The notes beneath the pieces are model-generated. The model made no database searches. It was given only the letters and a program-made list of their open reading frames with translations, and had not been told where the DNA came from. This document shows, piece after piece, positions 30,323 to 41,700 of a DNA stretch of 64,000 nucleotides (position 1 is the stretch's first letter; each line of letters begins with the position of its first letter). The translations under genes were made by a program, and so were the position numbers. The DNA comes from Saprospiraceae bacterium (lineage in GTDB: Bacteria; Bacteroidota; Bacteroidia; Chitinophagales; Saprospiraceae), in contig JBGSOH010000447.1 of the NCBI GenBank assembly GCA_041739205.1, positions 1,294 through 65,293 of the forward strand, read 5' to 3'.

Positions 30323-33300
30323 ATGCACAATTCTTTAAAACTTCGTTTGTTTTTGACCGCATTTGTCGGGTTGGCTACAATATCTATAATACTAGGCCAA
30401 GAAACTAAATCATTTAGCTACCAGATAAATTGGTTATCTATAAATACTGACCAATCTATGGAATACTTAAAGATAAATGGAGGGATACAAAATGATCAAC
30501 TCCCTGAAACTCAATTATTCCTAGAAAATAGACCAACTTCTAAAAGTATATTGACAAGTAGTAAGCTCTTACCAAGAAAAACTGAAATAATAAAAGTATC
30601 TGACGTCCTAAAATCAAAAATTACGAATACTGAATTCTCACTTTGGGCAAATATAATTGAGACTAAGGGTCAATATCAGCTTAATACAGCAGTCCTACCT
30701 TTTAGAAAAACTAATAATGGGGAAATAGAAAGATTATTAAGTTTTGACATTTCTATAACTACTGAAAGAGTCACTTCGTCAGGAAATAGAAATCCTACTA
30801 CTTTTACTTCAGTTTTGGCAGATGGCGATATATACAAAATCAGTGTAGATAGAACAGGCATTTTCAAAATAGATAGAGCATTTTTGGAATCAAAACTTGG
30901 AATAAATGTGTCTCAAATAAATCCTAAAAAAATAAAAATTTATGGTAATCGCGGTGGTCGAGTTCCTGAATTGAATAGTTTTCAGAGAAAAGACGATCTA
31001 GCCGAATTGCGTATTTTTGTATCAGGTGAAAGCGATGGAAAGTTTGATGGGAATGATTTTATCTTATTTTATGCGGAAGGTGCTGACATCTGGAAATATA
31101 ATGAAGCAAATAATTCATTTACATTCGATAAAAACATTTACGATAATAATAATTTTTACTTTATAAAAATTGACAATCAGGATGGACTGAGAGTTGACAA
31201 GTCACCATTGGTTACAAGTACTGCAGAGCTAGAAACAAGTGTATACGACATGAGACAACGAGTGGAAGACGACATAACCAATTTGCTCGGAAGTTTTACA
31301 GGTGCAGAAGGTACAGGAAAAGAATGGTATGGTGACTATTTTAAAACAAGTAGAGAAAAGACATACAATTCAGAATTTGATTTTAGTGGATTTAATACAA
31401 CAAAATCAGTAGAAGTGGATATGTTATTTGCGGCTAGAAGTAGATCTACAACTAGTGTATCTCTAGAAGTAGGTGGCAAAAAAATAACAAAAACCATTGG
31501 GTCCGTCAATATACTATCAGCAGAATCTTTATATGCTCAAAAAACACAAATCAGAGAATCATTTTTAATATCAGATGCAAACCCAATAGTTAAAATTAAC
31601 TTTCCATCCACTGCATCTGAGTCTGAAGGATGGTTAGATTACTTACAAATTGTATCTTCTAGATCTCTAATCTTGAATAATACTCAGCTACCTTTCCGAA
31701 GTAGAGAAACTATAAATGTTAACACAGCAAGTTTCTCCCTACAAGGATATACAAATCAAGTTATATGGGATGTGACAGATCCATTTGAGCCAAAAGAAGT
31801 GACAGTATCTGGTAATAAATTAGTTTTTAATACCCAATCAACACTTAAAGAATTTATAGGACATAATAATTTAACGGGAGCATTTGAGCCAATTGGTTTA
31901 GGCAAAATTACAAATCAAAACCTTCACGCTATGAAAGATGAAGAAATGATCATTGTCTATCACCCAACATTTAAAGATGATGCTTTACGACTTGCCCAGC
32001 ATAGATCTACGCATTCCAACCTGAAAGTAATAGCAGCCAATGTCAATGAAGTTTACAATGAATTCAGTAGCGGCAGAGTAGATCCAGGTGCCATCAGAGA
32101 TATGTCCAAATTACTATTGGATCGTAATCCAAATTATAAATATCTACTTTTGTTTGGAGATGGTTCGTATGACTATAAAGGAATCGTCAATGGATTGAAT
32201 AATGAAAACTTTGTCCCTGTGTATGAGACAGATCAGTCTCTAGATCCAATAGAAGGCTTTCCTTCTGATGATTTCTACGGTTTATTGGGTGAAACTGAAG
32301 GTGTATTGCTAGTAGGTGGACTGGACATTGGTGTAGGAAGACTTCCTGTAAAAAATGTAGAAGAAGCCAAAGTAGTAGTAGATAAAATCATTCATTACGA
32401 AACATCTACTGAGGTATTTGGAGATTGGAGACTCAGAGCAGGATACACAGCTGATGATGAAGACACTAATACACACATCAGGGATATGGATATCATTGCT
32501 AGAGCTGATGAAGCTAGACACCCATTGTACAATCAACAAAAAGTATATTTAGATGCATATCAACAAATATCAACAGCCGGTGAAAATAGATTTCCTGAAG
32601 CAAATAAAGCACTAAATGACAACATATTTAAGGGACAACTTTCGCTTACTTATCTTGGTCACGGCGGACCTCTTGGATGGTCTCAAGAAAGAGTATTAAC
32701 AGTACCTGATATACAATCATGGAATAATTATAACAGTATGACCATTATGGTTACAGCAACATGTTTGTTTGCAGCATATGATGATCCTGCAGTGGTGTCC
32801 CCTGCTGAATATGCCATGTTAAATCCTAAAGGTGGAGCTATCGGTCTGTTTAGCACTACAAGAGCAGTTTATACAACATCAAACAAAGATCTTACAGATG
32901 CTGTCAATGAGCTCATGTATAAAAAAATAAATGGGCAAGCTCCTACACTTGGTTATATTCTGTCAACAGGAAAGAATAAGTATTCTTTAGATTTCTTCAG
33001 AATTAACTCTCGTAAATTTGCTTTGATAGGTGATCCTGCCTTACAAGTTGCCATGCCAAAATACAATGTAGTTACAACACTTATTAATCAAAAGGATGCC
33101 ATTGGATCCACTGATACTATAAGTGCGCTTGAAAAAGTAACTATAGAAGGCTTCATAAGTGATGATTCTGGAAATGAAATGACATCTTTTAATGGTACTG
33201 TTTTCCCTACAATATTTGATAAAAAAACCACTTTGACTACTTTAATGAATGATCAAAATTCTCCTAGGTTTCCGTTTACACTTTATAAAAACATTATTTT

Positions 33301-34147
33301 TAAAGGTTCAGCATCCGTGCTTAATGGGAAATGGTCATTTAGTTTTTATGTACCCAAAAACATCAATTACTCATTTGGGAATGGAAGAATTTCTTACTAT
33401 GCCAAGGATAATAATAACGTAGATGCTGGTGGCGTATTTACAAATATAATAGTTGGAGGGTCTAGCGAAAAAGGATTGGCTGATGATTTGGGTCCAGAGT
33501 TGGATATATTTATGAATGATGAGAGTTTTGTATTTGGTGGTATGACTAATTCCGATCCAATACTTCTTCTAAATCTTTCAGATGACTTTGGTATAAATGT
33601 CACTGGAAATGCTGTAGGTCAAGATATAACAGCTATTTTGGATGGTGACAATCAAAATATTTTCATACTAAATGATTTCTACGAAGCAGAAAAGGACAAT
33701 TTCAGAAAAGGAAAAGTTAGATTTCCTTTAAATAATTTGTCAAAGGGTACTCATAATATTGTAGCAAAAGCTTGGGATATAGCTGGTAATTCTGCCGAAA
33801 AACGTACAGAATTCCTAGTAGCTGAAAGTGGAGACGATGTTTTAAAGCATGTTCTCAACTATCCAAATCCTTTCACCACACACACATTATTCCAATTTGA
33901 ACATGATTTAGTCAATACAGAACTAGATATTGTGGTCAATATTTACACAATTACAGGAAAATTAGTAAAAAGTGTGGTTCAAACAAAATATTCTTCAGGA
34001 TTTAGAGTTAATGATATCGGTTGGAACGGCAGAGATGATTTTGACTCTAAGCTAGGAAGGGGTATTTACCTTTACAAAGTAAGTGTTCATTCAAAAGAAC
34101 TGAACCTAACCAGAGAAAGTAGTTTTGAAAAATTAGTAATCCTTTAA
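30323..34147 (+). CDS. porU: T9SS C-terminal signal peptidase/sortase PorU (peptidase C25, gingipain-like)
   Basis: 1274 aa with a signal peptide. C25-like core (LLLFGDGSYDYKG...GRLP..., YLGHGGP, TATC). C-terminal sorting domain LNYPNPFT...GIYLYKV. Immediately followed by porV. Confidence 0.8.
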   Translation: MHNSLKLRLFLTAFVGLATISIILGQETKSFSYQINWLSINTDQSMEYLKINGGIQNDQLPETQLFLENRPTSKSILTSSKLLPRKTEIIKVSDVLKSKITNTEFSLWANIIETKGQYQLNTAVLPFRKTNNGEIERLLSFDISITTERVTSSGNRNPTTFTSVLADGDIYKISVDRTGIFKIDRAFLESKLGINVSQINPKKIKIYGNRGGRVPELNSFQRKDDLAELRIFVSGESDGKFDGNDFILFYAEGADIWKYNEANNSFTFDKNIYDNNNFYFIKIDNQDGLRVDKSPLVTSTAELETSVYDMRQRVEDDITNLLGSFTGAEGTGKEWYGDYFKTSREKTYNSEFDFSGFNTTKSVEVDMLFAARSRSTTSVSLEVGGKKITKTIGSVNILSAESLYAQKTQIRESFLISDANPIVKINFPSTASESEGWLDYLQIVSSRSLILNNTQLPFRSRETINVNTASFSLQGYTNQVIWDVTDPFEPKEVTVSGNKLVFNTQSTLKEFIGHNNLTGAFEPIGLGKITNQNLHAMKDEEMIIVYHPTFKDDALRLAQHRSTHSNLKVIAANVNEVYNEFSSGRVDPGAIRDMSKLLLDRNPNYKYLLLFGDGSYDYKGIVNGLNNENFVPVYETDQSLDPIEGFPSDDFYGLLGETEGVLLVGGLDIGVGRLPVKNVEEAKVVVDKIIHYETSTEVFGDWRLRAGYTADDEDTNTHIRDMDIIARADEARHPLYNQQKVYLDAYQQISTAGENRFPEANKALNDNIFKGQLSLTYLGHGGPLGWSQERVLTVPDIQSWNNYNSMTIMVTATCLFAAYDDPAVVSPAEYAMLNPKGGAIGLFSTTRAVYTTSNKDLTDAVNELMYKKINGQAPTLGYILSTGKNKYSLDFFRINSRKFALIGDPALQVAMPKYNVVTTLINQKDAIGSTDTISALEKVTIEGFISDDSGNEMTSFNGTVFPTIFDKKTTLTTLMNDQNSPRFPFTLYKNIIFKGSASVLNGKWSFSFYVPKNINYSFGNGRISYYAKDNNNVDAGGVFTNIIVGGSSEKGLADDLGPELDIFMNDESFVFGGMTNSDPILLLNLSDDFGINVTGNAVGQDITAILDGDNQNIFILNDFYEAEKDNFRKGKVRFPLNNLSKGTHNIVAKAWDIAGNSAEKRTEFLVAESGDDVLKHVLNYPNPFTTHTLFQFEHDLVNTELDIVVNIYTITGKLVKSVVQTKYSSGFRVNDIGWNGRDDFDSKLGRGIYLYKVSVHSKELNLTRESSFEKLVIL

Positions 34148-34260
34148 AACCTTATTTTCATCTTTTTGATTATCAAAAATGGCAATATACATTATTATAT
34201 GCAACATCCATTTTCCAGAAAAACAAAAAAATGAATTACACTTTAAAAAATTAACAAATA

Positions 34261-34268
34261 TAATTTTG
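34261..34268 (+). promoter_or_regulatory. Candidate -7 box TAATTTTG in front of porV
   Basis: TAnnTTTG 25 nt upstream of the ATG at 34293, within the 145-nt porU-porV spacer. Confidence 0.3.
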
Positions 34269-34292
34269 TAATATTGCGCTGTTTTATAAAAA

Positions 34293-35546
34293 ATGAGTAT
34301 GAATAACATGTTTAAATACCTTTTACTTTGTATTGTGATCTTATCATCTACCTTTGTAAATGGTCAAGGAATTTTCAATCCTGCTTCGTTTTGTATTGAA
34401 GATAATAACGGAGATTGTATTTCCAATACACTACTTACTGCTGTACCTTTTCTTCGTCTTACACCTGATGCAAGGTCTGGAGCGATGGGTGATGTAGGAC
34501 TTGCTTTGGATCCAGATGCAAATGCTATGCACTTTAATGCTTCCAATCTAGTGTTTGCGAAGGACGAGTCAGGTTTTTCGTTTACATATACGCCTTGGTT
34601 GAGAAATCTAAATCTAGATGATATCTTTTTATTGTACATCTCAGGATTTTACAAACTTGACGAAAATCAAGCCATCGGTGGTGGTATTAGATTCTTTTCA
34701 TTAGGTGATATAGACTTTACAGACATACAAGGAGGCTCTCTTGGTACTGGTAGACCAAGAGAAGGGGAATTCTCATTAGCATATGCTAGAAAACTTGGCG
34801 ACAAACTTTCAGCTTCATTGACAGGTAAATATATTTTCTCTAATCTTGCATCTGGACTTAATGTCAGTGGACAAGATATCATAACCGGACAAGCTTTTGC
34901 CGCTGATTTTGGTCTTAATTATAGAACCAAAACCAATCTTGGTGGATACAAAGGTGAGTGGTCTTATGGATTATCCTTAACAAATATTGGATCCAAAATT
35001 TCTTATACTAGAGATAATATCGTCAGAGACTTTATCCCATCAAATTTTGGATTAGGTACTGCTCTTAGACTTGATTTAGATCAATATAATAGTTTGACTA
35101 TTGCTTTGGATTTCAATAAATTAATGGTTCCTACTCCTATTGCAGCATTTATCAGAAACCCAGATGGAAGTACTGATCCAAACCCAGAATGGGACAAAGA
35201 CTCCACTGGTATTGCGGATTATAGAGAAAAATCTCTATTTTCAGGCATGTTAGGTTCTTTTGGAGATGCACAAGGTGGTATTAGAGAAGAACTGAAAGAA
35301 ATATCTATCGGACTTGGTCTAGAATATTGGTACGACAAGCAGTTTGCATTCAGAGGTGGGTACTATTATGAAAGTGCTGAAAAAGGAAATAGAAGATATT
35401 TCACAGTAGGTGCTGGTATAAAGTATAATGTATTCGGTATTAACCTTTCTTATCTAATTCCTACATCTGTTATACCAAATCCATTAGACAATACATTGAG
35501 ATTCTCATTGTTATTTGATTTCTCAGTTTTTAAAGCTGATGAATAA
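34293..35546 (+). CDS. porV: T9SS outer-membrane shuttle/channel protein PorV (LptO)
   Basis: LTAVPFLRLTPDARSGAMGDVGLA signature near the N-terminus. FadL-like beta-barrel pattern. Synteny with porU. Confidence 0.75.
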   Translation: MSMNNMFKYLLLCIVILSSTFVNGQGIFNPASFCIEDNNGDCISNTLLTAVPFLRLTPDARSGAMGDVGLALDPDANAMHFNASNLVFAKDESGFSFTYTPWLRNLNLDDIFLLYISGFYKLDENQAIGGGIRFFSLGDIDFTDIQGGSLGTGRPREGEFSLAYARKLGDKLSASLTGKYIFSNLASGLNVSGQDIITGQAFAADFGLNYRTKTNLGGYKGEWSYGLSLTNIGSKISYTRDNIVRDFIPSNFGLGTALRLDLDQYNSLTIALDFNKLMVPTPIAAFIRNPDGSTDPNPEWDKDSTGIADYREKSLFSGMLGSFGDAQGGIREELKEISIGLGLEYWYDKQFAFRGGYYYESAEKGNRRYFTVGAGIKYNVFGINLSYLIPTSVIPNPLDNTLRFSLLFDFSVFKADE

Positions 35547-35579
35547 GGACTAAATCTAAATTGTTAAATAAACACATAT

Positions 35580-35615
35580 AAAAAAGGTCAGTGCAAAAAC
35601 ACTGACCTTTTTTTA
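35580..35615. terminator. Bidirectional Rho-independent terminator between convergent porV and clpB
   Basis: AAAAA-GGTCAGTG-caaaaa-CACTGACC-TTTTTTT. Confidence 0.8.
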
Positions 35616-35636
35616 TATCATGATTTCTAATTTACA

Positions 35637-38378
35637 TTATTCAACATCATCGTCATCTTCTTCTTCCCCTTCAACATCTTCGACTGCTTTATTTAGATCT
35701 TTAGTTGCTTTTTTGAGCTTCAGAATGTCATTATTATTTTCCTTATCTACTTTCGGCTTGGCCAATGACTCTTTTGGAGTACCAGAAAAAGTAAATCCTT
35801 TTGCATCAGTACCAATGTAGATAGTATCTCCCGCACCAAATGTGCTTCCTAAAACTAATTTTGCAAGTTCGTTTATGATTTCTCTTTGGATAACCCTAGC
35901 CATTGGTCTCGCACCAAACTGTGGTTCATAACCCAAATCTGCTAATAAATCCATTGCCGAATTGTCAAATGTAATACCTATCTCCTGTTTTGCCAGATTT
36001 TTTGTCAATTTTTTGATCATCAAAGTGGCTATCTGTTTGATCTCGACTTTGCTTAATGGCAGGAACATGATTTTTTCATCAATCCTATTTAGAAATTCAG
36101 GTCTTAGGTTTTCCTTGAGCGCCTCGAAAACTTCTATTTTTGTTGTTTCAATGATGTCTGCTCTATGCTTATCACCCAATGCATCTAGATCTTCAAAATT
36201 CTCAAGAATCAATTCTGCACCCATATTGGAAGTCATAATGATGATCGTGTTCTTGAAGTTTGCTATTCTTCCTTTATTATCAGTGAGCCTTCCGTCATCC
36301 AATACTTGCAACAGAATATTAAAAGTATCAGGATGGGCTTTTTCTATTTCATCTAGTAATATAATGGAATAAGGCCTTCTTCGAACCGCTTCTGTCAATT
36401 GTCCACCTTCATCATAACCCACATAACCCGGAGGCGCACCTACCAATCTAGAAACAGAATGTTTTTCTTGGTATTCACTCATATCTATTCTAGTGATGGC
36501 ATGTTCATCATCAAATAAAACTTCAGCAAGCGCTTTTGCAAGTTCAGTTTTACCAACACCCGTTGGTCCCAAAAATATAAAGGAACCTATTGGTTTTTTA
36601 TCATCTTGAAGCCCTGCTCTACTTCTACGCACAGCATCTGCTACAGCTTCTACTGCTTCACTTTGACCAATGAGTCTTTGACCGATTTCTTCTTCTAAAC
36701 TCAAGAGCTTTTCACGTTCACTTTTGAGCATTTTTGATACCGGTATCCCAGTCCACTTACTGATGACATCTGCTATATCATTGGCAGTGACTACTTCATT
36801 GGTAAATCTACTGTCTTCTGGTAGCTGATCCAATTTTTCATTCGCCACTTTCAACATAGCATCTTTTTCTTTCAAGTCGCCATATCGTATTTTAGCTACT
36901 TTTTCAAAATCACTCTCACGTTCTGCCTTTTGTGCCTCATATTCTAATTGCTCTATCTGCTTTTTGATATTTTGGATAGTATCGACGATCTCTTTTTCAG
37001 ATTGCCAAGCTGCCCTGATCGAATCAAGTTTTTCTTGTGCATTTGCTATTTGCTCGACGATTATTTTGAGCTTCTTTTCGTCATTTTCTTTTTTGATAAA
37101 TTCTCTTTCGATCTCTAACTGACGGAGTTTCCTATCTAATTCGTCAATTACTTCAGGGACAGAATCAAGCTCCAATCTCAACTTTGCTGCCGCCTCGTCA
37201 ATTAAATCTATGGCTTTATCTGGAAGCTTTCTCTCAGAAATATACCTGTGAGACAATTCTGCAGCCGCTATCAACGCTTCATCCAGTATGTCTATTTTGT
37301 GATAAACTTCATATTTATCTTGAATACCCCTTAAAATAGAAATGGTATCTTCCACAGACGGCTCATCTATGGTTACAGTCTGAAATCTTCTTACTAAAGC
37401 TTTATCATTTTCAAAATATTTTTGATATTCGTCTAATGTAGTTGCACCAATAGTTCTTAACTCTCCACGTGCGAGAGCTGGTTTTAGAATATTGGCAGCA
37501 TCCATAGCTCCTTGTCCACCACCTGTTCCTATCAATGTATGAATCTCGTCAATAAACAAGATGATTTCACCATTAGAATTGATAACTTCGCTAATTACCG
37601 CTTTTAATCGCTCTTCAAATTCTCCTTTATACTTGGCACCAGCAACCAATGCAGCCATATCAAGTGTGAAAATTTGTTTTGTTTTAAGATTTTCAGGGAC
37701 ATCTTGTTTAACTATTCTCCAAGCTATACCTTCTACTATGGCAGTTTTACCTACACCTGGATCACCAAGTAAGATGGGATTGTTCTTTTTTCTTCTTGAT
37801 AAAATATGGAGTATTCTTCTAATCTCTTCATCTCTACCTATAATCGGATCTAGTTTGCCATTTTCAGCAAGCTCATTCAGATTAACAGCAAATTTTTTGA
37901 GTGAGTTATATTGATTTTCAGCATTTTGATCAGTAACCTTTTTACCTTTTCTCAATTCTGTAATAGCTGCTTTCATCTTTTCAGAAGTAGCACCTAAATT
38001 CTTAAGAATGGTGGCTGCTTTGTCATTTCCTTCTATCGCACCCAGCAACATGAGCTCTAGGGTTATGAACTCATCCTCAGTCTCTTTTAGATATTTTTTT
38101 GCAACAGCAAGTGCTTTGTTTGCATCACTAGTGAGAAACTGTTTGTCACCGCCTTGTACCTTTGGATATTTCTCCAACTGAACATTTAGATCCCTTTTTA
38201 GAATGGCCATATTTACGCCCATTTTACTAAAAAGAAATTCTGCCAGTTTTTCGTCTGTCTCAATGATACCCTTTATGAGGTGAACGGTGTCCACACCTTG
38301 CTGCTCCATTGAGCCAGCCAATTGTTGTGCTTTAAGAATTGCTTCCTGAGCGTTTATGGTAAAATTATCGTATGTCAT
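35637..38378 (-). CDS. clpB: ATP-dependent chaperone ClpB, with a ~45-aa C-terminal extension ending in an acidic tail
   Basis: Clp_N repeats. Two Walker A motifs ([18 protein letters not shown]). Long M-domain coiled coil. The tail is ...[15 protein letters not shown]. Confidence 0.9.
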   Translation of the reverse strand: MTYDNFTINAQEAILKAQQLAGSMEQQGVDTVHLIKGIIETDEKLAEFLFSKMGVNMAILKRDLNVQLEKYPKVQGGDKQFLTSDANKALAVAKKYLKETEDEFITLELMLLGAIEGNDKAATILKNLGATSEKMKAAITELRKGKKVTDQNAENQYNSLKKFAVNLNELAENGKLDPIIGRDEEIRRILHILSRRKKNNPILLGDPGVGKTAIVEGIAWRIVKQDVPENLKTKQIFTLDMAALVAGAKYKGEFEERLKAVISEVINSNGEIILFIDEIHTLIGTGGGQGAMDAANILKPALARGELRTIGATTLDEYQKYFENDKALVRRFQTVTIDEPSVEDTISILRGIQDKYEVYHKIDILDEALIAAAELSHRYISERKLPDKAIDLIDEAAAKLRLELDSVPEVIDELDRKLRQLEIEREFIKKENDEKKLKIIVEQIANAQEKLDSIRAAWQSEKEIVDTIQNIKKQIEQLEYEAQKAERESDFEKVAKIRYGDLKEKDAMLKVANEKLDQLPEDSRFTNEVVTANDIADVISKWTGIPVSKMLKSEREKLLSLEEEIGQRLIGQSEAVEAVADAVRRSRAGLQDDKKPIGSFIFLGPTGVGKTELAKALAEVLFDDEHAITRIDMSEYQEKHSVSRLVGAPPGYVGYDEGGQLTEAVRRRPYSIILLDEIEKAHPDTFNILLQVLDDGRLTDNKGRIANFKNTIIIMTSNMGAELILENFEDLDALGDKHRADIIETTKIEVFEALKENLRPEFLNRIDEKIMFLPLSKVEIKQIATLMIKKLTKNLAKQEIGITFDNSAMDLLADLGYEPQFGARPMARVIQREIINELAKLVLGSTFGAGDTIYIGTDAKGFTFSGTPKESLAKPKVDKENNNDILKLKKATKDLNKAVEDVEGEEEDDDDVE

Positions 38379-38462
38379 TGTTTAAAATTGAATTGTGTAA
38401 ATGTAAATTTTTTATTTGATACTTCTATAAACTATGAGCAAATATTCAACCAAGTGAAAAAC

Positions 38463-38479
38463 TATGTCAAAATGACATA
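38463..38479. promoter_or_regulatory. Perfect 7-3-7 palindrome TATGTCAaaaTGACATA upstream of clpB, a possible operator
   Basis: Read directly from the sequence. It lies 85-101 nt upstream of the clpB ATG (38378), in the 346-nt divergent intergenic region. Confidence 0.25.
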
Positions 38480-38724
38480 AATTATCGAATAAATCATAAC
38501 GTATTGTCATATGGAGAAGATAAGGATATGCCTATTTTTCAGGTTTAGAACAAACTAATTAAAATCAAGGTATGGTACATAGATAAGTTTACACAAATGA
38601 CCTTTTATAACATACTATTTGTATTATTTCTGTAAAGTCGAAACTAAAATAAAATCTGTAAAAAATCAAATATTTCTTGTTTCATAATTTTAATAAAGTC
38701 TATCTTTACAAGAAATTTTGCTTT

Positions 38725-41700
38725 ATGAGATCTATTTTTCTATCTATCGTAATATTACTAGCATCATTTCAAGCATTCTGCCAAATTAAGCCCCAAAATG
38801 ATGAATGTTCACAGGCTGTTTATGCTAAGCTGGACACATTATATCAACAAAAAGATATCCTTCCTAATCTTGATAGCATTCCTTTCTGTGGGCAGCAAAA
38901 AAGAGTAATGAGAGGTGTGTGGTATGAAATCAATGGCAATGATAGCATTCTTTTTGTACAAGTCGCATCAGAAAACACAAGTGCATTCATCATCGAAGGC
39001 TCTTGTTCGAGCCTCTCATGTGTAGAAAATTTTAATTATTATCGGCCCATCAGTGGCTATATTGAAAAGGGTAAAACGTATAAAATTTTCATTTATTCAG
39101 ATAGTGATCGGAAGGTTGATTACTCAGTCACATTCTCGGCTTATCCTACTGGAGAAGCAAGCAAATGCGAATCAGCTCCATTTCTTGATTGTGGAGGCCA
39201 ATTAAATATAAACTCCAATGGACTGATAAATTTACCGACCACACTTTGTAATACTACCTATGACCGCTATAAGTATATGTGGTTCAGAATTAAGGGTAAT
39301 GGTGGTGTACAAACTATTCGTTACAATTCATCTAATTTTTCATCATTTTTTTCTTATGTCTATGATACAACGTGCAGTGACTCCATGCTGTGTGTGTTAA
39401 GTAGACCTTTTTCTAATGAAGTGTCCTTTATTACCGAATTAAATAAAGATTATCTAATACAAGCTGGATTGACTGCACCAATTATTGGTCCTGTTGATGT
39501 CACCTTAGAGTGTACATCATTGGATCCAAACTTAACATGTGAAGGAGCTAAATCTCTAAGTTGTGGCGAACGATATGAAAATGAACAGTTGCAAAACATA
39601 AATATAAATACGCTAAATCAAGAAATTAACAAAGAATATGGTTTATGGTACAAATTGCCAACAGAAGTAGGTAAGCGCATTCAGTTAAACTTCAATGCAA
39701 GTAATTACGGTAATATGCAGCTCAAATTATTTAAGTCTGAAAATGGTGATTGTTCTAAATTGGTTAATATCTATTATAATTCCATCAATGTTTCTGATGA
39801 TAAATTTAATCTGGACATTATTGATGATGAACAATATTACATGTTATTGACCGATTATTCAAGTGTTCCATTCGACCTAAGTGTTACATGTTTAGATATA
39901 TCTTATAATAACAATTCCTGTCAAAAAAGCGAAATATTAAATATCTGTGGAGACACGCTTTCCTTATTTAATTCATTTTGCCTAGATAAGACAGATACCA
40001 ATTTACCAAATGATTACAATCAAAGTGGGAAGTGGTTTAAATTTACTGGTGGGAATAAACCAATAGTGATTTCTTCTGATTTTAATGGTTTCTTACCAAT
40101 CTCCCTTTATCAGTCAGAATGTGGAGCAATAGGACAACCTATATTTTCGGGCATTTATATAGATAATAACAGCGCCTATTTTAATGTAGTGGAAGGGCAA
40201 GAGTATTACATTCGTTTTAATTATGATAATTCGAGAAATCTTTTAGAATATAATTTATATTTTAATTGTCTTGAATCAGATATAAGTGGTCTGAGATGCG
40301 AAAATGCTATCGAGCTAGAATGTGACATACCTAGTTTGATTAAACAAGATTATGTAATTCAGAATCTGATTACCGAAAGTAGTTGTGGACCGATCAATGG
40401 ATATTCTTGGTTTAAGGTTGTAGGAGATGGTGGGACCAAAAGCATATCTGGAAATAATATTTATAGAATTGCCGTGTATAAAAGTACGGATTGTCAAAAC
40501 TTTGAATGTTGGGCTATTCCGACATATCTTAATTATATTACATTTCCCACTGAAGAGGGTGCTACGTATTATTGTATTGTATATGGTGGAGATCAAACGA
40601 GCAGGGTAACAATGAAGTGTATAGATGAAACTATCAATAGTACTTGCAATAAGGCTATTTCAATCTCCTGTGCTGACAGTGTAGTCCCGCTAGATTTTAC
40701 GAATACTTTTCAGTTAGATAGTGCTATATATAATCCATCATCATTATGGTATCAGATATCAGGTGATGATAAAGTAGTTAAGTTTATAACCAAAAACTAT
40801 TCTAATATTCGTATATATAATAGTTGTAATCAGGATACAATTTACCGTCCATCAGGGATAAGTTTTAGTTTGTTTTTGACACAAGGTGAAAACTATTTTA
40901 TAGAACTAGTTCCCTCAGGAAACCCAACGGATACTTTATTTTTGGCCTGTAGGGACGGCTATGAAGATAATAATACTTGTGATACAGTCCATGATTTGGA
41001 ATGTGGTTCATCCTTTGTAATTAATGTAGAAAATAGTCTTTCAACTACCACGGTAATTAATCAAGATACCATATATTACCCTTACCAATCGGCTTGGTAT
41101 CAATTTATGGGTGATGGTCAAACTTGGTTTTTTTCACCCACAAATTTAGATGGTTATAGTTATGAGATATATGAAGATGGTTGTGATAACTTACCAATTA
41201 TCTCTTTAGATAATTACTATTCAAATGCAAAATTTGTCGTTAATTCTGAAGTTGGGAAGACTTACAAAATAAGACTGAAACTATATAATTACATCTCAAT
41301 AGTCAATTTTAATGTAGAATGTAGAGCATCGATTTCCAATTTCAATTGTCAAAGAGCATCCACGATAACTTGTGATACTTCAGTAACCATTAAGCCTCAA
41401 GATGTCAGCCAAGATGTGGTACTTGTGCCCGACGTAGGACTATTAAAAAATGTGAGCTGGTACAAACTAGAGTCTAGTGAAAATTCATATTTGAAACTTG
41501 AAAATTATTATGGCGCTGGTATAGTTTTTGAATCAAATGCCAACTGTGATTCTTTAAAACAAATTATAAAATTATTTGGCGCTGAACCTGTTATTATTGA
41601 AAGGAAACAAGGTATGACATATTACTTAGCTGTTGGAAATTTTAACTATTATTCTCAGGAAGATGATGTTAAATTCTATCATTATTGTATTCCAGCGACT

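Noticed and set aside
35620-35820. 66-aa ORF encoding a poly-Ser tract
   Set aside because: It is the antisense reading of the GAA/GAT-rich acidic tail of clpB and has no independent support.
38379-38724. Looked for a CIRCE/HrcA operator or a structured RNA thermosensor upstream of clpB
   Set aside because: No TTAGCACTC-N9-GAGTGCTAA-like sequence is present. Only the 17-bp palindrome, reported separately, stands out.
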